Of a DNA stretch of 20,000 nucleotides, positions 1-6,247 are shown piece after piece. Within the stretch, counting starts at the first letter, position 1. Every line of letters starts with the position of its first letter. Source of the DNA: an uncultured virus (IMG/VR IMGVR_UViG_3300033388_001820) (taxonomy: Duplodnaviria > Heunggongvirae > Uroviricota > Caudoviricetes); IMG/VR virus record IMGVR_UViG_3300033388_001820; one strand, 5' to 3'. The translations under genes were made by a program, and so were the position numbers. The notes under the pieces were generated by a model. That model saw nothing but the letters and a program-made list of their open reading frames with translations. It did no database searches and was not told the DNA's origin.

Positions 1-282
1 TGGATAGCCCGTCAATGCGCCTGCAAGCAGGTCGTGGTCGAAGAAGTCCCTGAGATCAGACGACCCGGCGCACGCATCCTCAAGCCTGGCACAAACGTGT
101 ACGTGCAACTCAAACGTAAGCCTGGGACCTCCCGAGACGAAGGGTTCGTGACGAACTGTTACGAGAACGGCACTGTCCGTATCCAATTGCTTACCGACAA
201 GCACGCAGTGGTGACGGTGCCTGCCGACGAGTACGTGATTGGAAGGAGAGGGACACGTGCAGATGAGACCAGAGCTAGCTGA
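1..282 (+). CDS. hypothetical protein, 5'-partial (possible SH3/KOW-like beta fold)
   Basis: Frame is open from base 1 to TGA 280-282; LKPGTNVYV...GFVTNCYENGTVRIQL resembles a small beta barrel. Confidence 0.55.
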   Translation, partial: WIARQCACKQVVVEEVPEIRRPGARILKPGTNVYVQLKRKPGTSRDEGFVTNCYENGTVRIQLLTDKHAVVTVPADEYVIGRRGTRADETRAS

Positions 283-442
283 CGTAATCGACCTTGACAT
301 CAACCCAGTATCTGATATGGTGTTTGTTATCTCTCAAGAGCGAGACGGTCAGATGCTCAAAGTGTTCGCCGACCAGTGGTCTTGTGATAACTTGGGACAC
401 TTCACCGAAGCTTGGATACCTAACACATGGACTTTAGCCTAA
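263..442 (+). CDS. small hypothetical protein ending ...WIPNTWTLA
   Basis: ATG 263 downstream of purine-rich GGAAGGAGAGGG; overlaps neighbours in an operon-like way. Confidence 0.6.
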   Translation: MRPELADVIDLDINPVSDMVFVISQERDGQMLKVFADQWSCDNLGHFTEAWIPNTWTLA

Positions 443-588
443 CGCTACCCAACCTCAAAGAGGATAAGATCGAGGCGCAGCGCCGTGCGATCGGCGTACT
501 GCATCGGCGGATTCAGGAAGGCGACTTTCCTCCTGATGTGACCGAAGCGATCAGGCAGGCACTTGACGGACAGCTTCCGAGATGGTAG
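427..588 (+). CDS. small hypothetical protein (53 aa, MDFSLTLPNLKEDKIEAQRRAIG...)
   Basis: Hand-translated, below the ORF-track cutoff; fills the gap and overlaps both neighbours. Confidence 0.55.
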   Translation: MDFSLTLPNLKEDKIEAQRRAIGVLHRRIQEGDFPPDVTEAIRQALDGQLPRW

Positions 589-761
589 CCTATCAAAGTA
601 TAGGAAGATACACCATCTGGTGGTCCGAAGAAGACGAGTCCAGCATAAACCCTGCTTGTTGCCGGGTCTGTTCTTGGACAGAGTATTGGAACATCAGCAT
701 CAAAGGTCCCATACGAGTCAACAACGTAACCCGACTTCCCACCAACTGGGAATCAGTTTAG
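582..761 (+). CDS. small hypothetical protein (59 aa) ending ...RLPTNWESV
   Basis: Hand-translated; ATG 582 overlaps the upstream ORF end and its TAG overlaps the AGGAG RBS of the next gene. Confidence 0.6.
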   Translation: MVAYQSIGRYTIWWSEEDESSINPACCRVCSWTEYWNISIKGPIRVNNVTRLPTNWESV

Positions 762-768
762 GAGAATC

Positions 769-960
769 ATGAGCTATCACAGCCAGACACGCACCGAGTA
801 TCTGATCGGCCCGAAGGGTGGACCAGCGAAGACGGTGCAGATCACTCACCGTGTCAAGCGTGTCGTAACACACAGTGAACCGCAGGTTCTGTTCACCGAT
901 CCGAAGTCAAAGAAGCAGAAGCTTCTGTCGAAGAAGGAACACACGGTCACCATCAAGTAA
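769..960 (+). CDS. small basic hypothetical protein
   Basis: AGGAGA RBS before ATG 769; ends 5 nt before tRNA-Glu. Confidence 0.7.
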   Translation: MSYHSQTRTEYLIGPKGGPAKTVQITHRVKRVVTHSEPQVLFTDPKSKKQKLLSKKEHTVTIK

Positions 961-965
961 TATTT

Positions 966-1043
966 GCCCCGTTGGTCTAGTTGGCTTAGGACGCCTGATT
1001 CTCAGTCAGGAGGACACCGGTTCGAACCCGGTACGGGGTACCA
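966..1043 (+). tRNA. tRNA-Glu(CUC)
   Basis: Cloverleaf; anticodon arm CCTGA-TTCTCAG-TCAGG; TTCGAAC T-loop; CCA encoded. Confidence 0.95.
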
Positions 1044-1050
1044 GACACTT

Positions 1051-1126
1051 TCCAGAGTAGCTCAGTCGGCAGAGCGCCAAGCTGTTAACTTGGATGTCGT
1101 AGGTTCGAACCCTACCTCTGGAGCCA
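1051..1126 (+). tRNA. tRNA-Asn(GUU)
   Basis: CCAAG-CTGTTAA-CTTGG; TCCAGAG/CTCTGGA acceptor; G73; CCA encoded. Confidence 0.95.
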
Positions 1127-1190
1127 AGAGTGGAACCGGGAGACGCGCTAAACTGGGAGCGCCCCTCCAGCAGGGTACCGGTTCTGCTCT
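1127..1190 (+). ncRNA. unidentified structured RNA (three-way junction, potential kissing loops)
   Basis: 13-bp closing stem AGAGTGGAACCGG/CCGGTTCTGCTCT (2 G-U) enclosing GCGCT-AAACTGGG-AGCGC and CCCT-CCAGC-AGGG; lies directly between two tRNAs. Confidence 0.6.
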
Positions 1191-1197
1191 GTTACAC

Positions 1198-1272
1198 GTA
1201 GCGGTGCCCGAGTTGGCCTAAGGGGTCTGGTTGCAACCCAGAATTGCGTCGGTTCAAATCCGACCCGCTACT
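1198..1272 (+). tRNA. tRNA-Cys(GCA)
   Basis: GTAGCGG/CCGCTAC acceptor, U73, TCTGG-TTGCAAC-CCAGA; no CCA. Confidence 0.93.
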
Positions 1273-1276
1273 CTGA

Positions 1277-1350
1277 AGGGCAGTAGCTCAGCGTGTTAGA
1301 GCGACGTACTTATCATACGTGCGACGTGGGTTCAAATCCCACCTGCCCCA
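1277..1350 (+). tRNA. atypical tRNA-Ile(UAU)
   Basis: ACGTA-CTTATCA-TACGT anticodon arm; GTGGG-TTCAAAT-CCCAC T-arm; A1:C72 mismatch, C37, no GG in D-loop. Confidence 0.75.
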
Positions 1351-1354
1351 CTAT

Positions 1355-1435
1355 GCGCTTGTGGTGGAAAGGAAGACACAGGGAGCTTAAGCCTCCCTGC
1401 CGTAAGGCGTGAGAGTTCGAATCTCTCCAGGCGCA
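1355..1435 (+). tRNA. tRNA-Leu(UAA)
   Basis: GGGAG-CTTAAGC-CTCCC; long variable arm GCC-GTAA-GGC; A73. Confidence 0.92.
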
Positions 1436-1441
1436 CAACAT

Positions 1442-1519
1442 GGTTCATTAGCTCAGCCCGGTAAGAGCAGCGTCCTGATACGACGAAGGTCACTGGTTCA
1501 AATCCAGTATGAACTACCA
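1442..1519 (+). tRNA. tRNA-Ile(GAU)
   Basis: CGTC-CTGATAC-GACG; GGTTCAT/ATGAACT acceptor; CCA encoded. Confidence 0.93.
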
Positions 1520-1527
1520 TTACATTT

Positions 1528-1613
1528 GCCCAGGTGGCGGAATTGGCAGACGCGCCAGGCTTAGACCCTGGTATCCGTAGAAGGGTGTAGGGGTTCGAGT
1601 CCCCTCTTGGGCA
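1528..1613 (+). tRNA. tRNA-Leu(UAG)
   Basis: CCAGG-CTTAGAC-CCTGG; long variable arm; Leu-type D-arm GGCGGAATTGGCAGACGC. Confidence 0.94.
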
Positions 1614-2273
1614 CTAAAAGGTGTAGCCGTACAAATCAATATCCTGCTCATACAGGTCAGCGATCTTCGCACGAGTAACATCATTGTAATACTCACGGTA
1701 GTGACCGTGTTTCGAAGCGTTGACTCTAGGAACGTCACCGTCATTCAACAACCCCACCTTGTCCAACACGGAAGTCAAGTCTGTGTTGATCGACTCTACC
1801 TTGCCAACGAAGTCAACCATCTGCTTGCCGTCATGATGAGTGTACAGATGTCCAGGGGCGCTGTGATAAGCTACCACCGGGTGCTGCATGGAGAGATTCT
1901 CCAAGTCCATAACAAACTCATCAAAGGTCAAGCGGCTGAACTTCTCATCCTGATCGGCCAGGTATGTGTAGCATGAAACGAGGCGATCCCACGGGTTACG
2001 AACAAACGAAAAGGAAAACCAGTTATCCCATTGAGACACAATCCCTGCTGTAGCGACAGGCCAACCAGAGAAAGGTGCTTCATCCTCCCCAACGTTCTTC
2101 TCATCCTGTCCACGATAGATAAGCTGTCGCAAACGGAGTCGACTAAACAGAATCCTGCTAGCTATCAGAGTCCCGCCAGCCTTGTTGCAACGAACGTAAA
2201 TCAGTTCAGGACCGGGATGGAACAACGTGATCTTGTTGTGTAGGTTGTTCAAGAAATTCAAAGTCTCACTCAT
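1614..2273 (-). CDS. sulfotransferase family 2 (Sulfotransfer_2-like) protein
   Basis: IYVRCNKAGGT (5'-PSB-like loop), FSFVRNPWDRLVSCY (3'-PB), DFVGKVESI, and terminal LYEQDIDLYGYTF typical of this family. Confidence 0.85.
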   Translation of the reverse strand: MSETLNFLNNLHNKITLFHPGPELIYVRCNKAGGTLIASRILFSRLRLRQLIYRGQDEKNVGEDEAPFSGWPVATAGIVSQWDNWFSFSFVRNPWDRLVSCYTYLADQDEKFSRLTFDEFVMDLENLSMQHPVVAYHSAPGHLYTHHDGKQMVDFVGKVESINTDLTSVLDKVGLLNDGDVPRVNASKHGHYREYYNDVTRAKIADLYEQDIDLYGYTF

Positions 2274-2286
2274 ATGGTGCCGATGA
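2259..2286 (+). promoter_or_regulatory. candidate sigma-28 (WhiG/FliA) promoter, probably leaderless transcript of 2293 ORF
   Basis: CAAA-N16-GCCGATGA versus consensus TAAA-N15/16-GCCGATAA; ATG follows 6 nt later with no RBS. Confidence 0.45.
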
Positions 2287-2292
2287 TATCAT

Positions 2293-2508
2293 ATGAAGTG
2301 GGTAACGATCTTGGCGATCGAGAACAAAATTCCGTACATCAAGATGAATGGCCAGACCCCTCCATGTTTTACCTGCAATGACAACGAATATGGTACACCG
2401 GTTTGCAGATGTAAAGCTCCGAGTAACTGGGTGTACACTCACGAGATTTCTGATATGCTAAGATTAGCAAGGTACGGGAAGTATCCCGACTGGTTTATAA
2501 AGGAGTAA
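2293..2508 (+). CDS. small Cys-containing hypothetical protein (possible Zn finger)
   Basis: CxxC...CxC; divergent from the sulfotransferase. Confidence 0.6.
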   Translation: MKWVTILAIENKIPYIKMNGQTPPCFTCNDNEYGTPVCRCKAPSNWVYTHEISDMLRLARYGKYPDWFIKE

Positions 2509-2511
2509 ACG

Positions 2512-2664
2512 ATGGGAAGATGCGAACATCCAGAATGTGAAGTGTCAGCGCACCGACGAATTTTCGTTGGTGAAGAGGTGTACGAATACTGTCTAGAACA
2601 TTACGACGTGGCGACTGCTGTTCAACAAAACAGGAGACCACAATGGGAACCAGACAACTCTTGA
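2512..2664 (+). CDS. small hypothetical protein (50 aa; CxxxxC...CxxH possible Zn finger)
   Basis: Hand-translated MGRCEHPECEVSAHRRIFVGEEVYEYCLEHY...; AAGGAG RBS upstream. Confidence 0.65.
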   Translation: MGRCEHPECEVSAHRRIFVGEEVYEYCLEHYDVATAVQQNRRPQWEPDNS

Positions 2665-2669
2665 AACTT

Positions 2670-2752
2670 GCGTCTGTGGTGGAATGGCAGACACGCCAGT
2701 CTGAGAGGCTGGTGCCCGGAAGGGCGTGTGGGTTCAACTCCCACCAGACGTA
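2670..2752 (+). tRNA. tRNA-Leu(GAG)
   Basis: CCAGT-CTGAGAG-GCTGG; long variable arm GCCC-GGAA-GGGC. Confidence 0.93.
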
Positions 2753-2756
2753 CTAT

Positions 2757-2831
2757 GCGGGTGTAGCTCAATGGCTAGAGCCTCAGTTTTCCAAACTGAT
2801 GATGAGGGTTCGATTCCCTTCACCCGCTCCA
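2757..2831 (+). tRNA. tRNA-Gly(UCC)
   Basis: GCGGGTG/CACCCGC, U73, TCAGT-TTTCCAA-ACTGA; CCA encoded. Confidence 0.95.
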
Positions 2832-3013
2832 TGTTAGACAATTACATCGCTCATTACGTTGCCCCTGGGCCGACTCCGTTGTTCTATTCGCTAGTCGAAT
2901 ATCTAGTGTTTGGTCTGTGTGATTACAGTGACACTACCGACATCGCTATCCGATACGAAGAAGGCGACCATAATGGTTCAAAAGTCATGCCAAGAAATTG
3001 GGTAACGCTATGA
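2831..3013 (+). CDS. small hypothetical protein ending ...VMPRNWVTL
   Basis: ATG shares the A of the tRNA-Gly CCA; ATGA overlap with the next ORF. Confidence 0.6.
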   Translation: MLDNYIAHYVAPGPTPLFYSLVEYLVFGLCDYSDTTDIAIRYEEGDHNGSKVMPRNWVTL

Positions 3014-3237
3014 TTGAGTACAACATCGAGAAGCCTACCGAGCCTGAGTTTTTTCAGGAGACTGGCAACTGGTATCGGAGGCGATGGTCGCTCAGTATGT
3101 ACCAGAACGTCGTGCTGCTTGAAACGGACGGACCGATCAACAGAGACGGGGACCTCACGTTGATCTCGTACTGGGATAGCACCAATTCTTACAAGACAGA
3201 AAGACACCGTTTGCCTAACTCTTGGGTGTGGGCATGA
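3010..3237 (+). CDS. small hypothetical protein ending ...RLPNSWVWA
   Basis: ATGA-coupled to the upstream ORF. Confidence 0.65.
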   Translation: MIEYNIEKPTEPEFFQETGNWYRRRWSLSMYQNVVLLETDGPINRDGDLTLISYWDSTNSYKTERHRLPNSWVWA

Positions 3238-3250
3238 CGATGAGTAATGT
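3216..3250 (+). promoter_or_regulatory. candidate promoter for the Gly/ncRNA/Thr cluster
   Basis: TAAC-N16-GACGATGA (sigma-28-like, 3216-3243) overlapping TTGGGT-N17-TAATGT (sigma-70-like, 3222-3250). Confidence 0.35.
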
Positions 3251-3257
3251 AATACAC

Positions 3258-3330
3258 GGGTTAGTAGCTCAATTGGTAGAGTACAACCTTGCCAAGGTTG
3301 ATGTTGCCGGTTCAAGTCCGGTCTAGCCCT
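3258..3330 (+). tRNA. tRNA-Gly(GCC)
   Basis: GGGTTAG/CTAGCCC, U73, CAACC-TTGCCAA-GGTTG; no CCA. Confidence 0.93.
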
Positions 3331-3333
3331 CGC

Positions 3334-3467
3334 TGGTTGCAGGGAGAATATTCGGAACCAGACGCCCCAGGGCAAGTAGCCCTTGGGTATTTCGATGCCC
3401 CTCACCCAAGTTTTTCCTCTGGTGAAAGCGCAGGCTGAGGCACCCCGTTGACTTATCCCTGCAACCA
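3334..3467 (+). ncRNA. unidentified multi-branched structured RNA (134 nt)
   Basis: Perfect 12-bp terminal stem TGGTTGCAGGGA/TCCCTGCAACCA; inner hairpins AGGGC-AAGTA-GCCCT and GGGTAT-TTCG-ATGCCC; fills the whole gap between two tRNAs. Confidence 0.65.
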
Positions 3468-3473
3468 TGCTAT

Positions 3474-3549
3474 GCTTCGGTAGCTCAGTTGGAAGAGCGT
3501 CGCTCTCGTAAAGCGAAGGCCGCGAGTTCAAATCTCGCTCGAAGCTCCA
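3474..3549 (+). tRNA. tRNA-Thr(CGU)
   Basis: TCGCT-CTCGTAA-AGCGA; CCA encoded. Confidence 0.94.
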
Positions 3550-3564
3550 AGGAGATTAGGATGA

Positions 3565-3726
3565 ATGGATGATACCGATCAAGAGTTCTGGAGTGTGGTC
3601 AACCACAGCCTCACCGACGAGGACGACGGGAGGCCCACTCGGTGGGAGATGGCCGCTTGGTTCGTCACCTTCGTGGTGTTGATCGGCCTGCTCGTTATTG
3701 GTCCCATCTGGGTGGTGTTCCTATGA
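3565..3726 (+). CDS. small membrane protein (53 aa)
   Basis: Hand-translated MDDTDQEFWSVV...WFVTFVVLIGLLVIGPIWVVFL; AAGGAG and AGGA upstream; one hydrophobic C-terminal helix. Confidence 0.65.
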   Translation: MDDTDQEFWSVVNHSLTDEDDGRPTRWEMAAWFVTFVVLIGLLVIGPIWVVFL

Positions 3727-3787
3727 GAGAAGAACGTCCGTCGACGCGCAGTGTAAGCAGAAGGAGTTAAGTCGACTATGAGTGAGT

Positions 3788-3926
3788 GATCCTGATACAT
3801 TATGCGGTTACACCTTTGATGTCTTGCATGACCTGGGATGCGCGGTATAGCAACCTCCTGGCCAGACCCCTTCAAGTGGAAGGAAGAGGGATCAAAGCGC
3901 AGTATCAGGTCTTCCACTAGGGAAGA
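3788..3926 (+). ncRNA. unidentified long irregular stem RNA upstream of tRNA-Thr(UGU)
   Basis: Nested helices CCTGATAC/GTATCAGG, TGCG/CGCA, CTTTGAT/ATCAAAG, inner CCTTC-AAGTG-GAAGG, followed by TCTTCC-ACTAG-GGAAGA hairpin. Confidence 0.5.
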
Positions 3927-3939
3927 GAAGAAAGTACAT

Positions 3940-4015
3940 GCCGAATTAGCTCAGTGGCCAGAGCAGTGCTCTTGTAAAGCGAAGGTCCTCGGTTCGACTC
4001 CGAGATTCGGCTCCA
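3940..4015 (+). tRNA. tRNA-Thr(UGU)
   Basis: GCCGAAT/ATTCGGC; loop CTTGTAA; CCA encoded. Confidence 0.93.
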
Positions 4016-4188
4016 TGAATATGAGATACGAAAAATACTGGGGAGGCGCTGCTGACGGCGGCTTCTGGAACTGGACGGCTCAGCGACCTGGGCAAGAGAA
4101 GTGTATTGGCATGGGCTGGTATCGTTGGACAGCCTGGCTCAAAGCATGGCGTGCCACAAGGAACGCCCCTTACATGGAAGAATGGTAA
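4015..4188 (+). CDS. small Trp-rich hypothetical protein
   Basis: ATG shares the A of the tRNA-Thr CCA (alternative ATG at 4021); MNMRYEKYWGG... Confidence 0.6.
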   Translation: MNMRYEKYWGGAADGGFWNWTAQRPGQEKCIGMGWYRWTAWLKAWRATRNAPYMEEW

Positions 4189-4191
4189 ATC

Positions 4192-4416
4192 ATGGCAAGT
4201 TTTCACACACCCTCAGAACTACTCGCTTATGGAGATTTCATCTACGACAAGTTTCTCACTGTGACCGAGGTCACAACCCTTGAAGGAACAGGCGTTATCG
4301 TGGCCGGTAGGCGCGGAGGCACAGGCAAAGCAGAAACGCACACCTTTGAGACCGACGACAAAGTGTGGATTCATCGCACCAACCACATCTTCGACTGTGG
4401 ACCTGATGCCCAATGA
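4192..4416 (+). CDS. small hypothetical protein
   Basis: Starts 3 nt after the upstream stop; ATGA-coupled to the next ORF. Confidence 0.65.
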   Translation: MASFHTPSELLAYGDFIYDKFLTVTEVTTLEGTGVIVAGRRGGTGKAETHTFETDDKVWIHRTNHIFDCGPDAQ

Positions 4417-4568
4417 TGGACGCGTTTGACGATTACATGCTTCGCATGTACCCTCCACCAATCGACCCTGACAAAGAACGTCTACGCAGGGACATGAACA
4501 AGGCTCGACACGCTGCATTGGATGCGGGTGAGCCTGACCCTTTCGTCATATACATCAAGGTACCGTAG
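4413..4568 (+). CDS. small hypothetical protein (51 aa)
   Basis: Hand-translated MMDAFDDYMLRMYPPPIDPDKERLRR...; ATGA-coupled; TAG stop is nt 8-10 of tRNA-Phe. Confidence 0.55.
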   Translation: MMDAFDDYMLRMYPPPIDPDKERLRRDMNKARHAALDAGEPDPFVIYIKVP

Positions 4569-4634
4569 CTCAGCAGGAAGAGCGCTGGCGTGAAGCCCCA
4601 GAGGTCGTTGGTTCGACTCCGACCGGTACCACCA
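4559..4634 (+). tRNA. tRNA-Phe(GAA)
   Basis: GGTACCG/CGGTACC; CTGGC-GTGAAGC-CCCAG (C31:C39 mismatch, G32); CCA encoded. Confidence 0.88.
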
Positions 4635-4643
4635 CTCCAACCA

Positions 4644-4652
4644 TGCTATACT
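4644..4652 (+). promoter_or_regulatory. extended -10 promoter for leaderless recA
   Basis: TGcTATACT ending 6 nt before ATG 4659; no Shine-Dalgarno. Confidence 0.6.
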
Positions 4653-4658
4653 ATCTCC

Positions 4659-5627
4659 ATGAGCATTGATCAAGTACAAAAAAACCTAGAGAAGAAGTTC
4701 GGCAAGGGTGCCGTCGTTCGCATGAACGACAAACCTCAAGACATTGAAGTAATCCCGACAGGGAACATAATCCTCGACATGGCTCTAGGTGTTGGCGGCT
4801 ACCCGCGAGGTAGAATCGTTGAAATCTTCGGACCTGAATCCTCTGGCAAGACAACGCTGGCTACACACGCAGCGGCTGAAGCACAGAAACTCGATTTGAA
4901 CGTGGCCTACATCGACGCAGAGCACGCTATTGACCCGACATACACCGAAGCGTTGGGCGTAGACCTTAACGCTGTCCTGCTCAGTCAGCCTGACAGCGGC
5001 GAGCAGGCTCTTGAGATCGCTGACGAAATGGTCAAGTCAGGAGAGTTCGGATTGATCGTAGTGGACTCTGTAGCGGCTCTCACGCCTCGTGCAGAGCTAG
5101 CAGGTGAGATGGGAGACTCTCATATGGGGCTGCAAGCACGGTTGATGGGGCAGGCTCTACGCAAGATGCGTGGCACCGCCAACACAACTGGTACGACGCT
5201 CATCTTCGTCAATCAGATTCGTGAGAAGATCGGGGTCATGTTCGGGTCGCCAGAAACTACACCGGGTGGACGTGCGCTCAAGTTCTTCTCCACTATCCGT
5301 CTCGACATCCGTCGCATCGGTGCGATCAAAAACGGTGTTGAGATCATGGGCAACGAGACACGAGTCAAAGTCGTCAAGAACAAGGTGGCACCGCCGTTCA
5401 AACAGGCCGAGTTTGACATCATGTATGGTCGTGGTGTGTCGCAGTCAGGGTCGATCATTGACCTCGGCGTGGCAGAGGACTTGATCTTGAAGTCCGGCGC
5501 GTGGTACACTATCGGAGAAGAGCAGGTGCAGGGTCGTGAGGCTGCCAAAGATTCGCTAGAATCTCAGCCTGATCTGATGGCGGAACTGTACGAGAAGCTA
5601 GCCTACGAGGACGAGACAGGTGACTGA
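4659..5627 (+). CDS. recA: recombinase RecA (322 aa)
   Basis: GPESSGKTT Walker [61 protein letters not shown]. Confidence 0.98.
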   Translation: MSIDQVQKNLEKKFGKGAVVRMNDKPQDIEVIPTGNIILDMALGVGGYPRGRIVEIFGPESSGKTTLATHAAAEAQKLDLNVAYIDAEHAIDPTYTEALGVDLNAVLLSQPDSGEQALEIADEMVKSGEFGLIVVDSVAALTPRAELAGEMGDSHMGLQARLMGQALRKMRGTANTTGTTLIFVNQIREKIGVMFGSPETTPGGRALKFFSTIRLDIRRIGAIKNGVEIMGNETRVKVVKNKVAPPFKQAEFDIMYGRGVSQSGSIIDLGVAEDLILKSGAWYTIGEEQVQGREAAKDSLESQPDLMAELYEKLAYEDETGD

Positions 5628-5805
5628 ATTCCATTTAAGAGACGGACGTCGACGTAAGGCCACTTTGCGCACCGGGAATAGTCATAGCAAACGAAGCTAC
5701 AAGAAGGCCCGAAGCAAAAGCGAGAAACGTGACCGGGCAGAACAGAATGAGATCAGACAACTGAAACGTATTCTCAGAAACGAACAAGAAGCAAGGGACG
5801 TGTAG
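5620..5805 (+). CDS. small basic hypothetical protein
   Basis: GTG overlaps the recA end; Lys/Arg-rich; TAG stop is nt 8-10 of tRNA-Val. Confidence 0.6.
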   Translation: MTEFHLRDGRRRKATLRTGNSHSKRSYKKARSKSEKRDRAEQNEIRQLKRILRNEQEARDV

Positions 5806-5871
5806 CTCAGCAGGAAGAGCAGCGGTTTTACACACCGCAGGTCGTCGGTTCGAACCCGGCTACGTCCACCA
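5796..5871 (+). tRNA. tRNA-Val(UAC)
   Basis: GCGGT-TTTACAC-ACCGC; CCA encoded. Confidence 0.94.
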
Positions 5872-5882
5872 GAAAGGATTAA

Positions 5883-5897
5883 GTCCCCTTCGGGGGC
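5883..5897 (+). other. cUUCGg tetraloop hairpin in tRNA spacer
   Basis: CCCC-TTCG-GGGG between tRNA-Val and tRNA-His. Confidence 0.55.
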
Positions 5898-5902
5898 AAG
5901 TT

Positions 5903-5980
5903 GTGGCAGTAGCTCAGTCTGATTAGAGCGTCGGGTTGTGATCCCGAAGGTCGCGGGTTTAAATCCCGTCTGTCACCCCA
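5903..5980 (+). tRNA. tRNA-His(GUG)
   Basis: TCGGG-TTGTGAT-CCCGA; C73 and CCA; base -1 is T; T-loop TTTAAAT. Confidence 0.9.
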
Positions 5981-6010
5981 TCGCAAACAACAAGAAAGAG
6001 AGAAACACAC

Positions 6011-6247
6011 ATGTTGTGGTTCATTATTTTCTACCTAGTCATGATGGCAGTGTTCGCTCAGTGGATCATCATTCCCCTGTACTCCAACGAACACGGAATA
6101 CTTGAGATGCTCGCTCCTGAGACGCACGAAGAGTGGGAGCAGCAAACCAACACCGTAAAGACGGTCATCACTTTGATCGTCTCAGCCTTTTGGCCGCTCA
6201 TCGTTATTGGAACCGCCGTTGCGATGTTCCAGAAAGTCATCAGATGA
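6011..6247 (+). CDS. small membrane protein (two hydrophobic segments)
   Basis: Hydrophobic N- and C-terminal stretches, ...AFWPL... motif; ATGA-coupled to the next ORF. Confidence 0.7.
   Translation: MLWFIIFYLVMMAVFAQWIIIPLYSNEHGILEMLAPETHEEWEQQTNTVKTVITLIVSAFWPLIVIGTAVAMFQKVIR

Noticed and set aside
1127..1200. HDV-like (theta) ribozyme after tRNA-Asn
   Set aside because: A P1/P3-like arrangement can be drawn, but I found no downstream P2 partner or J4/2 segment; the nested three-way fold explains the sequence better.
1355..1613. TAA and TAG anticodons as stop suppressors or evidence of recoding
   Set aside because: Read 5'-3' they decode UUA and CUA (Leu) and have Leu-type bodies; no CTA, TTA or TCA anticodon found, and genes are intact in the standard code.
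875..1744. ORF-track entries overlapping tRNA genes (875-1060, 964-1221, 1332-1520, 1520-1744; likewise 2643-2837, 2923-3531, 7332-7586, 7384-7765)
   Set aside because: They run through well-formed tRNA cloverleaves and translate tRNA motifs (GSNP, GFEP); spurious.
3430..3455. TPP riboswitch-like words (GCTGAG...ACCC...TTGA) or an RNase P/tmRNA fragment
   Set aside because: Remaining conserved cores (CCTGAT...AGCGTAGGGA, GAGGAAAGTCC, tmRNA ends) are absent and no regulated ORF follows.
4566..5820. Identical TAGCTCAGCAGGAAGAGC in tRNA-Phe and tRNA-Val as an att site or direct repeat flanking recA
   Set aside because: It is the conserved D-arm of two tRNAs; no integrase or duplicated tRNA 3' end is present.
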